A DNA stretch of 64,000 nt, taken from assembly GCF_009914755.1 (NCBI RefSeq), contig NC_060937.1, one strand, 5' to 3'. Every line of letters begins with the position of its first letter. The stretch's first letter is position 1. This document shows positions 29,192 to 41,838 of the stretch, in pieces. This DNA comes from the human T2T-CHM13v2.0 reference genome, Homo sapiens. A program made the translations under genes and the position numbers. The notes under the pieces are model-generated. The model had not been told where the DNA came from, ran no database searches, and saw only the letters and a list, made by a program, of their open reading frames with translations.

Positions 29192-30029
29192 CTATTTGAC
29201 AGATCAATTTGTAATTTTTATACAGGTTACTTTCATGTATAAAAGATGGATGACTATATTTCCCAGTTTAAAAAATGACAGCATGCTAATCCAAGCAATT
29301 ATACAAAGAAATGCTTAAATTTGAGTAACAAAAATAAATTTTAATTTAGGGACCACTAATAAACACTCTCCCCATTTCATTTCTGCAAAAGAAGGCAAGG
29401 AAGGCTATTGTCAAATGTCTCTTGGCTGTTACCTTCTGTCAATCATACTTTTAAATCTTTTCCTGTTTTCCATCCTCACTACCAACACTTTCATTCAACA
29501 GACCAAAGAAAGCCTCCCAACCATGCTCCAAGCCAAGAGTTCCCCACTCTAGATCATCCTCCTACTGCCACCAATCACCCTCCCAAAGCACATGACAACT
29601 TCATAATTTACAAACCTCCAGTGACCTTCCAAGGTCTTCAGAAGAACAAAACTCAGCAAGAGGCAGTAGGCACAAGATGGCTCCTAATTTTCTCCAATCT
29701 CATTTCTTTTCCCTCTGCTCTCCAAACACCCTGTGTCCTTCCATATGCTCAGGGCCTTTGTTCATTCTTGCTCCCTCTGCCTCTTCCTTCCTCATTTACA
29801 AGATGTCTCTGCCTATCTCATCTAGTAGAGAAACTTCAGCCTTCAAAAATTCAGCTCAGAAGTCATTCCCTATTAAAGCACTTGCTACCTTTTCCAGGCA
29901 GTCAGTCACTACCTCCTCAGTGCCTGTTTATACCTCACCTAACAACTTTTTAAAATGGTGTTACAATACAATTCATTCATCTTTTTTTCTAAATTGAACA
30001 CCTACTATACTCCAGGGATTCCTTCACGG

Positions 30030-30198
30030 CAAGAAATCAGCAAACCTTTTATAAAGAGCCAGTAAATAATTTAGGCTCTGTGGCCCATACAAATCTTTGT
30101 CACATTTTTTACAATCCTTACAATGTAAAATCAATTTTTAGCTTAGAGGGCTATATAAAAAAATGACATCAGGTTATACTCTGCAGACCTCTGCTCTA
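30030..30198. mobile_element. MER58-family hAT-Charlie MITE inside an L2 relic
   Basis: tcagcaaaccttttataaagagccagtaaataatttaggctctgtggccc ... tgcagacctctgctctaga. Confidence 0.65.
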
Positions 30199-30749
30199 GA
30201 AACTGAAGACGGTAATACTGAGCTGTTATGAAGCTTATAATGTAGTAAGAAAGACAGACATTAATCAAATAACCAAATAAAAATGTAAACTACAACTGGT
30301 AGGGTTTTGAAGGAACACAGTGTTATAAGACCCTATGACAGGAGAACAAATCTGTGGGAGTCAAGTAATTATTTTTTATATTTGACTTTCCTAAAGGATC
30401 TAAGTTATGAGGTTAAGTCTTGCTCATAATATCTCTTATTCTTAGTCAATCTTATTCTCTCACACCTATCACATCCATTTAACATACAGCTATCACTCAA
30501 TACAGGTCTATCTAACCAAGAAATAAACTCATAGCATATATAGCCTTTTGGGGTTTTGCCACTTCTAATCTATGGGCAAGCAGAAAAATTAGATAACCAA
30601 GCATCAGCTAGCTATATCTAGGATTAGAATAAAGTGATCCTGAAGGAAGCCTCAGTGACTATTTTCAATAATCATAGCTAAAATGTACTGAGCACTATTT
30701 GTAACTAGCTCTATAAGCATTACTCATTTAATCATTCCAATACTGGAAC

Positions 30750-32100
30750 TATTATCCTCAAATTAATCTTTACAGTCAATGGAATCTCAATCACAATGCC
30801 AAGCAAATAAAGCTGGTTCTAATTTATATGGAAAATAAAATCTCTCACCAGGCTACATTCATCAAAAATTTATAAAGAAAAAGGTTGAAAATTTTGACAT
30901 CAAAATTTTAAAATTATACATAACAAATGAAACTGTAAACCACAGGTTAGTCAAAGATATATAAAACATAATACGTAAAAAAGCTCCTACAAATCAATTT
31001 TTAGTAAGTAAAATAAAGTTTGAAGAGATGTTCAAACTCAGTATTAATAATCAAGGGAATGAAAATTAAAAGAAAAGTGAGAGAACCAGCAATTCTACTC
31101 CTAGGTATATACCCAAAAGCCATGAATAAACACTTTCACCAAAAGACATTTACTAGAATGTTCACAGCAACATTATTCATAATAACCAAAACTGGAAACC
31201 ATCCAAATGCCCAAATACTAGAAACAATTTTAAAACTGTAGTATCTATATATAATTTAATAGAACAAAAATGAACAATCTATAACTACTTGTAACAATAT
31301 GTATGAACTTCATAAACATAAAACAATAAAAAGAAACTGGACACAAAAGAGTTCATACTGCATGATTTCACTTATATCAAGTATAAAAAGAAAACTAATT
31401 TATGGTAATTAACTGAAGGGCAGAGAGGAACATACAGTGGGGCTTTCTGGGCTGCTGGTAATATGTGGTTTCTTAATCTGGGTGCTGATTACATGAATAC
31501 AATCAATTTGAGAAAATTCATCAAGATACTATGTATATTTTCCTGCATGCATATTATACTTCAATGTAACAAATAAAAAATTACAGTATCATTTCATAGC
31601 CACCAAACTGACAAAAATCAGTCTGTCAATATCAGATGTGATGTGGAAAATCCAACTCTACTGGTGAGAGTATAAATTGTTACAATCTCTTTCAAGAAAA
31701 ATCCAGTAAAACTGAAATCCACAATAGAGCAATTACATCAGAGAAAGTCTCACAGGTTTTCCAGGAAACATTTATAAAGGAGGTTTTAAACTCATTTATA
31801 ACAATGAAAAATTGGAAATAAGCCCATCCATCAACAGGAGAATGGATACACTATAGCATGTTCACTGTGTGGTATATTACACATTAGTTAACATGAATCA
31901 TTTAGATTTATATGTACCAACATGGACATATTTCTAACAGAATGATGAGAAAAAAAAATTTGTAGAAAAATGTAAATAACAGATTAACACTTATAAAAAC
32001 ACATAAAACAGTAGTATATTTTATGTGTAAAACAGACATCATTATGCAATATTATTTTACACATAAAATATAAAAGAACATGTAAAAATATATAAGAACA
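30750..32100 (+). mobile_element. Ancient L1M (L1MC/ME-like) fragments
   Basis: Peptide relic PAILLLGIYPK...TRMFTATLFIITK; ccatccatcaacaggagaatggata. Boundaries approximate. Confidence 0.65.
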
Positions 32101-32328
32101 TGATTGAACGTATGCTTATCAAAGTCATGATCGCGGTTAGCTCTGGGGAGAAATGGAATATGATAATAAGCCTTGGAAGGGGGATATGGGGCACTTGAAT
32201 CTTATCTGTGATTTTTTTTTAACTGAAAAAAAATGACAAGACATGGTAGAGACACAATTTTTTAATATTTCAATATGTTCTGTACTTTCCTGGTTTAAAT
32301 AAACTTTTAAAATATTCCTTTACGTTCG

Positions 32329-33114
32329 TTTTAAATTGATACATAACTGTTATACCTATTTATGGCATATATGTGAGTTTTCATACATGCATATAATGTC
32401 TAATGATCAAATCTGGGTAACTGGGATCAAGTCAAGATAACTGGGATATTCTAAATTCTCTCTTCTAGCTATTTTGAAATACACAATATATTGTTGTTAA
32501 CGACATTCACCCTACTCTGCTCCTGAACATTAGAACTTATTCCTTCTCTCTAACTGTATTTTTGTACCTATTAACCAACCACTCTTCCTCTCCCTCTCCC
32601 ACTATCCTTACAAGTCTCTGGTAATCACTATTCTATTTACTATCTCCATGAAATCAATTTTTTAGTTCCCATATATGAGTGATATTTGTCTCTGTCCCTG
32701 GTTTATTTTATTGCAGTTAACATCATGTCCTTCAGTTCTATCCATGTTTCTGCAAATAACAATATTTCATTCTTTTTTAGGGATGAATAATATTCTATTG
32801 TGTATGTACCACATTTTCTTTACTCATTCATCTGTTGATGGATACTTAAGTTGATTCCATATCTTGGTGTTGTGGATATGGCTATGATAAACCTGAGAAT
32901 GCAGGCATCTCTCTGACATACAGATTTCCTTTCTTTTTGATACATATACCCAGAAGTGGAATTGCTAGATCATGTGGCAGCTCCATTTTCAGTTTTTTGA
33001 GTCACCTTCATACGAATGAAAAATCTATGTTTTCCATAGTTGCTGTACTAATTTACATTTCCACTAGCCAAGTATGAGCATTCCCCTTTCTCCACATTCT
33101 CCCCAGCATCTGTT
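32329..33114 (-). mobile_element. L1MA-type 3' fragment
   Basis: Reverse L1MA 3'UTR and ORF2 end: ctattttgaaatacacaata, cattcatctgttgatggatacttaagttgattccatatcttgg, tacccagaagtggaattgctagatc. Confidence 0.88.
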
Positions 33115-34380
33115 ATGACTCTGCAATCAGTATGCACTGTATGTGTCTTACTTTACTCATCTGCTTTCTAATTCATTACTTACCAGCAGGGTAGGTATGA
33201 TTCTTATTAAAAAAATCTTTTAACAATTTTACTTTGATTATTACAAAATGTCACTGAAGAATCTAGAACATAGGTGTAAATGTACGCTCAATTTTCACAA
33301 GAGTTTCAGAATAAGGAAACAATGTTGTTTAGTTCAGACTTCTTATAAAACATAATCTGAATATATATTCATATTATATATTAAAAAAACCCGATTCTCC
33401 CCTTTGTCCTAGCAGTTATTATCCAAAACAAGTTCACTAATTTAGTAATAAATCAAAGTATTTCCATTGTGAAGTAATCCATTTCTTTTCTTTCTTTTGT
33501 TCCTTCTTCATTTGCCAATATATTCTAGTAACTTGCTCATTTTTAAAGTGATGCATTTTAAATACACACACAGACACACGAATAAGGCAAAGACAAAGAA
33601 TGGTGGGTTTCTGAGATCCAGATGAGTCTGACATCAAAGCCTCAAAACAGAAAAACCAGGTTTTGTTAATTTATACAGCATTAATCCTCGAAATTATTGG
33701 TACTTTAACCAAAGTTCAACGCTTAGTTCTAATAATATATATGTATGGTTTAATCTCTTGACCAAAATCAGAAATTGGAGTGAAAGTTATAAACATAACG
33801 ATAGCAGCTAGATATAAAAATTGAGGGCAAGAAGTAGACATGCTATTTACAACCACAACAACAAAACAAGACCACAGCAAACAGGGCAATCAAAGGAGAA
33901 AGCCCTTTGTTCTCTTCAATGGCCTGAGGGTTGGAGCAAAGGATATTGTGAAGAAGGTGTGTCTACAATTTAGTCTTTTCTTGGTAAAGTGTCAGATATT
34001 CATAAGGATCACTCTTAGTTGTCAAGAACAGGTTAAATTACAGGTAGCATGTGCTGTTAAATGGGAAGATAATATACGCCAGAAAGATTGCTGCCAAAAA
34101 TGGTTAAAATTTAAAACATGTCGTGTAACAGCAGCTAATAAAAAAATGTTTGGAAAAGACTTTTCTGGAGTAATGCAGTCATCAAAGATGCTAAGCCAAA
34201 GAAGCACTATTTTATGTAGAATTTAGAAGATGATTGGAGTAAGCCAGCACATTTGCTCAAAAATAAAAAATCTAAAGTGTATTTGTTTTTCCAGTGATAT
34301 TTTATCAGTAAATATTATCAAATAAATAAGAAATTCAGTGGTTTTCCTAATTCACAAATATAACGTCAAAGAGCCACTCA

Positions 34381-35403
34381 AATCCAATTAAAAAATGTGA
34401 AAAAGTTCTGAATAGACATTTTTCAAAAGTAGACATATGAATAGCAAACAGGTATATGAAAAGGTGCTCAACATCATGGATCATCAGAGAAATGCAAATC
34501 AAAACTACACTGAGATACCATCTCTCCCCAGTTAACGTGGCTTTTATCCAAAAGACAGGCAATAACAAATGTTGGAGAGGATGTGGAGAAAAGGGAACAC
34601 TTGTACACTGTTAGTGAGAATGTAAATTTAGTACAGCCACTCTGGAGAGAACAGTATGGAGCTTCCCCAAAAAACTGAAACTAGAACTCAATATGATCCA
34701 ACAATCCCACTGCTATGGATATACCCAAAAGAAAGGAAATTAGTACATCAAAGAGATATCTGCACTCTCATGTTTATTGCAGCACTATTCACAATAGCCA
34801 AGATTTGGAAGCAACCTAAGTGTCCATCAACAGATGAGTGGATAAAGAAAATGTGGCATATAAACACAAGGTAGTACTATTTAACCATAAAAAACACTGA
34901 GATCCTATCATTTGCAACAACAAGGATGTAACTGGAGGATATTATGTTAAGTGAAAGAAGCCAGGCACCGAAAGACCAACTTCACATGTTGTCACTCATT
35001 TGTGGGAGCTAAAAATTAAAACAATTGAACTCATGAAGATAGAGAGTACAATGCTGGTTACTAGAGACTGGGAAGGGTAGTCAGGGAGAGTGGGTGGGAA
35101 ATGGGATGGTTAGTTGGCACAAAAATATAATTAGATACAAGAGATCTACTATTTGATAGCACAACAGGGTGGCTACAGTTGGCGATAATTTTTTGTATAC
35201 TTTAACAACTGAGGGAGTATAACTGGAGTGCTCATAACACAAAGAAAGGATACATGCTTGAGATGATGGAGACCCCATTTACCCTGTGATTATTATTACA
35301 CATTGTAGGCCTGTATCAAAACAACTCATGTACCCCATACATATACCTACTATCTACCCATAAAATTTTTAAAAAAAATTTAAATAGGAACAAAAAGAAA
35401 AAG
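34381..35403 (+). mobile_element. 5'-truncated L1MA2/3-like element
   Basis: ORF2 end YDPTIPLLWIYPKERK...KQPKCPSTDEWIKKMW; L1MA 3'UTR; TSD aagagccactca at 34369-34380 and 35404-35415. Confidence 0.92.
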
Positions 35404-35506
35404 AAGAGCCACTCATTTTGAAAAGAACAAGACTTTTCACTATGTTGTTCTGAAAAACTAATGAAAAGACAACACAAATTTTAATATCTAAGAATTAAAG
35501 ACCTAC

Positions 35507-35665
35507 CTTTCCCACCTTGGTTCATGGCACCAGTATCTCGTCCACACTGTCCTTTATTATTTACACCAAATGTCCACACCTCTCCATTCTTCATTAAAAC
35601 ACAAGTGTGAGCTTTGCCCATAGCTACCTGAGTTACAAAATGGCCCTTCAAATCAGTTACCAAAC
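35507..35665 (-). CDS. MYCBP2: MYCBP2 coding exon (approx. exon 14), 159 nt, (S)LVTDLKGHFV...MNQGGK (RCC1 repeat)
   Basis: ORF 35481..35663. Acceptor ttcctatag|GT, donor AAAG|gtaggt. Classic RCC1 motif VAMGKAHTCVLMKNGEVWTFGVNNKGQCG. Confidence 0.97.
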
Positions 35666-36808
35666 CTATAGGAAAGAAACAAATTTAGTAAAAACAACAA
35701 AAAGGCCCTTCTGAGCCTAGTAAAAGAACTACCTCAATGCAGAACCGTTTATTTCTGGGGCAAAATAACTCAACAAAATGAGAAATAAGTAGCCAAAAGA
35801 CTGGCAGAGTATCACTGAATTAACTTTGTAACTTTGTAACGTAGCTTCAGTGAATCCTAAAACATTATCATCCAGACTTGGGACATATCTTTACTGTAGC
35901 TTTCTCTCAAGCTTACTTCTCCTGAATGCTTCCTCCAAATGGTAATACCTCTCCACAGTACTTTCAAACTTTTCTGGTCTAAGCACAAAGGAGTCCATAA
36001 ATAATTTATTTTACCTGCTTTGACCTGCCTCAGCAAAACAAAGTAAAATACTTGCCATAGTATATTGACATGAAATTGTTTATGTAGAAACCAGTGAGAC
36101 TTTTCAAAACAGTATTTTTTAATCCTTTTCAACCTACAATGCTTTCTTCCACAATCCAATACACAGTTATTTTCTAAACTTCACTTATTCATGTATTACT
36201 TTCATTATATTTGTCATATCCAAGTGCCACTCATATTATCTATTTAATATGTTTTGTATCAACTCTAAATTGATTGAAGCATCTTTAACATTAACAATCA
36301 AAGATTATTATTTTTCCAATATACATTAAAATAAAAACATGTTATCAAGTATTTGTTTTATTTAAATTACAAATAGTATCAATCTCATATTATGCTTTGG
36401 GAAAACTGTTCTACATTATTAGCTCAGATATCACTACCTTAAGGTGGCCTTCACTTTCACCTTTCACTAGTTTAGGTCTTTTTGTTAATTATACCTCAAA
36501 AATTTCCACTTTTAATATTTAGCACATTTGAAAAAGGTAAGGGTGTGTGTATATATATAAAACAGTAGTTATTTATTATTATTATTAACAGTACTAGCTG
36601 ACATGCTTTGAGACCTTACATGATGTGCTAAGCATTTCTTAAGTTCTACCTCCTATAATCTTCATAACAACTATATGAAGCAGGTGCTATCATTATCTAT
36701 TTTTTGCAGGTAGAAAAAAACAAAAAGAAAACTCTTAAATGTTTAGTAAACTGTTACCCAGTTAAAGATTAAGTAAACTGTTACCCAATTAAAAGCGTTG
36801 GTGCCAAG

Positions 36809-37133
<325 letters not shown>

Positions 37134-38263
37134 CTATGTCCATAACCATTCAATACCACTTCCCCAATATTTAAGTTCTGTAATACCCAACTGTCTCTCG
37201 GATCCTCAAAAAGGCAGTATCCAGGTCTGTCAGGTCCATCAATCACTAATGTATCACCCATGCTCAATAAATATATGTTGAAGAAATATACAAGTTTCCA
37301 TCAGCTCTACCCAGTGGATGTTAGCAAGCAACAATTATATTGAATATTATTTTTAAACTGTACAAGAACCCACTCCCAAATTTTGATTTACTCTGATAGC
37401 TGCAGCCAATTGAGAATCTAAATATTACAACATTAAGCCAGTTCACTTATCATCTGGGTACACCTCCACTTAATAATTAATTGCTATAAATGTTCTACAG
37501 GTGTAATTTCCCCAGCATGGGACAATTACATATATTTCTAATCATAAACTTCATTAATTCTAGTTTCCTTTTTTACAAAGAAACTCAAAGGCTTTACATA
37601 TTTATCACACATAAAATCCTTCCAAGTGGGATGCTTCACTCATTATATTCATTTCTAGCTGCTAGAAAGAAAATCTAGTAACCAAATATGACAAGTTTTT
37701 GAGATTAGCATTTATAAATATAAAACCATTTAGCTAGTTCTACCCCTCATATCCACTTCTCAAACTTTTGGTTTATCAGTCACCCAGGCACTAGAAAATA
37801 ATTCTTGAGACCCTACAATGTGCCAGACACTGTGCTGGGCACTGGGGATAGAATAGTAAATAAGACAGATCATCCCAGCCAAACACCCTAATGGGGGAGA
37901 TAAAATACTTCAACAATTATAAACTAGCTATGTCATGAAAATCACTTCTTCAGGATACTACCACTGTCCCAGGGACATGTCCCATAAGCACCTGAGTCTA
38001 GGGAAAACATCCACAGAAGTCACAGCTACAGCGAAGCTTCCCTTGCCAAGCTCTATGATTAGCTTTGCATGAAACTAGGGACAGTGCTCCTAGTGACAAG
38101 ATATGACAGAAAATTTCTCTTTCGAAATATTTCACATTTGGAAGGAAATGTAAAAAATGTAGAGAAAGCATGCCACCAACATAAATTTTCTAGATATGTC
38201 TTTGTCATACATAACTAGTATTGAAACTTCTTTGCATAAAAGTAAAACTTTTTATTAACTTAC

Positions 38264-38428
38264 TTGAACTATCAGAGTAAATGGCATCTTTTCCAAACAT
38301 GTAGAGTTCTCCATCTTTAGAAATAACAGAACTACTTCCATTATTGCAGGCTGTATATACCACAATCTTTCCTTCCATCTTAATTATCTTTTTAGGTTTA
38401 TAAGGTTTGGATTGCCGTCTGCTCTTAG
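38264..38428 (-). CDS. MYCBP2: MYCBP2 coding exon (approx. exon 13), 165 nt, (T)KSRRQSKPYK...AIYSDSS (RCC1-like repeat)
   Basis: Acceptor ttttaaag|CT, donor TCAA|gtaagt, phase 1-1. Motif TACNNGSSSVISKDGELYMFG. Confidence 0.96.
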
Positions 38429-39006
38429 CTTTAAAAAAGAAATTAGATTAAATCAAGACCTCTATGTACAAATAATAATAATAATGGTTTGTATATAAAG
38501 CTAAAAAAAAAACCCATATTATTTGCATTTATGACACTATTTGTTTATTTTCACAAAGGCCTGGGCTTCCCAACATGTCATTTAAAATCAGTGAACCTGC
38601 TAGCCTCATCTGGTCAATTAATATTTACGCTATCATTGCTAGATCCTCATTCCCTGAAGTACATTCAAATTCTCAGTGAGTAATATTAGTTTTCTACCAA
38701 ACTCCTGGAGGGCCCAATCTCTAAATTAGCTATTGCATTATTAATACCATTCTACTAACACATATCTAAAATCTCCTTTTTTTCCCAAGTTGTAATTCAC
38801 ATGTATTCTTGTTAGATCCTGGAAAGTAAAATAAGTTCCTCATTCATTCAATATGTATTTATTAAGCAGTTACATCAAGTCAATGATATATATATAAAGT
38901 TGGTGTGGTGTTATTGAAATTCATAAACTTTATCTTAATAAAGTTTTATTTTTACTAAAATAAAGCATTTATTTTTATTAAATGCATAGTTGATCACTCA
39001 ACTTAC

Positions 39007-39211
39007 TTGATTCTCCATCTTCTCCTTTACTAGCAGATCCTGTAAAGAATATGCTCCCATCTTCTGCAACTAAAAGGGCGTGAGAGCCATCGTGTCCAAC
39101 TGAGAAGTGTACTATCTTTGGAGATTTTGTAATTGGTAGCTCAACCCATTTTCCTGCTGAAGGACCACCTTGTTTGATTCCAAGACTCTGGTATTTGCCA
39201 GTGTAATATAT
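39007..39211 (-). CDS. MYCBP2: MYCBP2 coding exon (approx. exon 12), 205 nt, IYYTGKYQSL...KGEDGES (RCC1-like repeat)
   Basis: Core of ORF 38978..39262. Acceptor acataag|ATA, donor TCAA|gtaagt. RCC1-like motif IVHFSVGHDGSHALLVAEDGSIFFTG. Confidence 0.97.
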
Positions 39212-39447
39212 CTTATGTATTAAAAAAAAAAAGGAATTATGGTACTTTTTGGAATAGTGCATCAGGTTTCACATGAGGAAAAAAAAGGACATCAATATTT
39301 TATTGAAAAATAAAATTCACATAAAAACAAACTCTTTTTTACACTATTCAGCTTCTGGGAGTTGAGCAAGAAATACACATATTTTGCCAAGAAGACACAG
39401 TTCATAATAGCTTTTTCATATCTTTTATCCATTAAGTTTCCTGTCTT

Positions 39448-39720
39448 CTATAGGCACAATTCACAGCACCCTAAAATAATTACAATAGTAACATCAGAGA
39501 TAACAGATCACCATAACAGATATAATAATAATAAAGAAGTCTGAAATATTTCGAGAATTACCAAAGTGTGACACAGAGACACAAAGTGAGCACAGGCGGT
39601 TAGAAAAATGATGCCAACAGACTTGCTCAACTCAGGGTTGTCACAAACCTTCAATTTGTAAAAAGAGCAATTATTTGTGAAGTGTAACAAAACTAAGCAC
39701 AATAAAATGAGGCATGCCTG
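39448..39720 (+). mobile_element. Tigger1 3'-end fragment
   Basis: gatcaccataacagatataataata...gaattaccaaagtgtgacacagagacac...aataaaatgaggcatgcctg followed by TA. Confidence 0.85.
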
Positions 39721-39888
39721 TACTGTTCCCTACATGAATAAAATTTTATCTTATAAAAAATAATTTTAAATCAAAATTTAAAAGATGATTCTTCTTAAAC
39801 ATGCAAACTATATAAACTAATCAACAGATTGTATTTTAATCTCTTAAATCAGAGAATGCTCATTTTTAATCCAAAGAGAATAATTTAC

Positions 39889-39965
39889 CTTTCCATTTGC
39901 TGTTTTCATTAGCGCAAACTCTCGTCCTGCACCAAGAATTGCTGACTCCTCATCAAATCCTGTAC
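39889..39965 (-). CDS. MYCBP2: MYCBP2 coding exon (approx. exon 11), 77 nt, (S)TGFDEESAILGAGREFALMKTANGK
   Basis: Acceptor tatttcag|GT, donor AAG|gtaaat, phase 1-0. Starts an RCC1-like blade (GAGREFALMKTANGKIYYTG). Confidence 0.96.
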
Positions 39966-41486
39966 CTGAAATACGAGACTAATAAATACTATTGCATTTC
40001 TAATATGAAGAATTCTAAATACAACATGCACTATTTTAAGTGATTGCAATGTCAATTCAAAATCACTAAAAAACAAGGATGACAAAATGTCATGTGCTCA
40101 AATTTTTAAAAATATTAACCATAGGTATAGTACTCCAAGGAAAGATAAAGTTATCATAATCTGTTTCTCTTGTTCCAAACCAGTACCAAATTAATTTTTT
40201 AAATATACGACAAAAAAATTTAAAAATTCAATGTCAGCAATATTCCTTGAATTAATGTATAAATGCTCAAAGTTTTATTGAGCGTTTATTAGGTACCAGG
40301 CATTATACAATTCACAAAATTTATCTCATTTGATTCTCACAACTATACCACTTGGTTTACAAATAAGCATATATAAAGGTTGGAGAGGTTAGTCCAGACA
40401 CAGAGTCATTCAAGCTTGGAACAATGCCATGCAGATATTTGAATTAAAGTATTTCAGATTCTCTGCCTATGTCTTTTTCTACAGAAAGACATCTTATATA
40501 GCTACTCCATCAATTCAAATATATATATATGTAAATATGCATATACACACACAGATCCTTATGCATATTTTCAAATTGTAAAACTATGAGTAATTGTAGC
40601 TTTACATATGGTACATTTTATGACTTTGTCCAGCTATACAAACTACTAACTAGTTTATGGGCTTTAAAAATTTTAAATCTGTAATTTCAATTCAAGATTT
40701 TTCTAGGGAAGAATTATAAAAATACTACATAATTAGAATATAGAAAGTAAAGCACTAATGCCAAGTTTATGAAATGTAATGAGATAACAGTCAAAAAAGA
40801 TGGATCTTGCAAAGAACCCTACAAGTTACGGAAGGTCACTATTAAACCTGGAGTGGCATGGCAAGCCAAAACTAAAACTCTCAGGAGAACTCATGATCCT
40901 AATTACTTTTACAACATTACAAAAGTAAATAATCTAAGCCCAAGAAATACTCTGTGGTTATCTGTATTTCTCTATCCAAGTGAAAGATTACTGATCCGTG
41001 TGTAAGGCCAATTACCATTTTGACAATCTATGAGATCATTCTATAGTTACCTTGAAAATCTATTCAAGTAAAAACTTTAAAAATTTCAACGAGAGAACTA
41101 TGTATATTGTTGTAATAACATTTACAACGTAAGTTTTCAAATTTTTAAATAGTTGAAAAATGATGCAGCATATAAACTAATGACATTCACCAATATCCAT
41201 CCATAATTCTCATTAAATTTTATTTTCTTTTGCTCTATTCAAAGCAAAAAAGAGAAATTATTAGTCAATTCCTTAGAATGGTCTTCAAATATCATACTTT
41301 GTTTAAAGACTGTGTTTCCCAGTTATTTATTCATATTAATTCAAAATTATCCTTTATATTAATAGTAACAGACACAAAATAGCTGCTACAACATAAGCTG
41401 AACTGGTGAAAACACAATGTTCATTTTTAAGAGTATGAAAAATTGAAAATTAAAATATAGGGAAAACACTTAATTTGCTATCTTAC

Positions 41487-41625
41487 TTATAATATGCAAG
41501 TCCTTTTCCAGATCGAATAGTGAGATACCACAGGCATGTAAGCATTTTCTAGCCAGTTTAAGTTGCAATTCTTGCTGTAGAACAGGTTCAGTGCTTGTGG
41601 CAAATATTCTGACAACAAAGCCATC
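41487..41625 (-). CDS. MYCBP2: MYCBP2 coding exon (approx. exon 10), 139 nt, DGFVVRIFAT...KDLHII
   Basis: Acceptor tttcttag|GAT, donor ATAA|gtaaga, phase 0-1. Confidence 0.96.
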
Positions 41626-41764
41626 CTAAGAAAAATAAAACATCCACAGCATTACATTACATAAAGAGGTCGTTCAAGGCTCTACAGTCTATCTAATAAA
41701 AGCTAAATAATTTAAGGAAAAGGAATTCCATTTACACTAGCTACTTAAGATTCAGGATACTTAC

Positions 41765-41838
41765 ATCTCTTGAAGCAGCTATCTGATTAATATATTCTCC
41801 ATCAGTGAATAAAATATTTTGACCTTCAGTGTGGCAAT
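41765..41838 (-). CDS. MYCBP2: MYCBP2 coding exon (approx. exon 9), 74 nt, (D)CHTEGQNILFTDGEYINQIAASRD
   Basis: Acceptor ttttgcacag|AT, donor GAT|gtaagt, phase 1-0. Followed by a 139-nt intron. Confidence 0.96.

Noticed and set aside
29408-29997. 181-aa and 106-aa plus-strand ORFs
   Set aside because: C/T-rich degenerate L2-like sequence with non-ATG or weak starts and no recognisable protein features.
33840-34226. 128-aa plus-strand ORF in unique sequence
   Set aside because: No recognisable homology, promoter or splice context; the length is compatible with chance in 64 kb.
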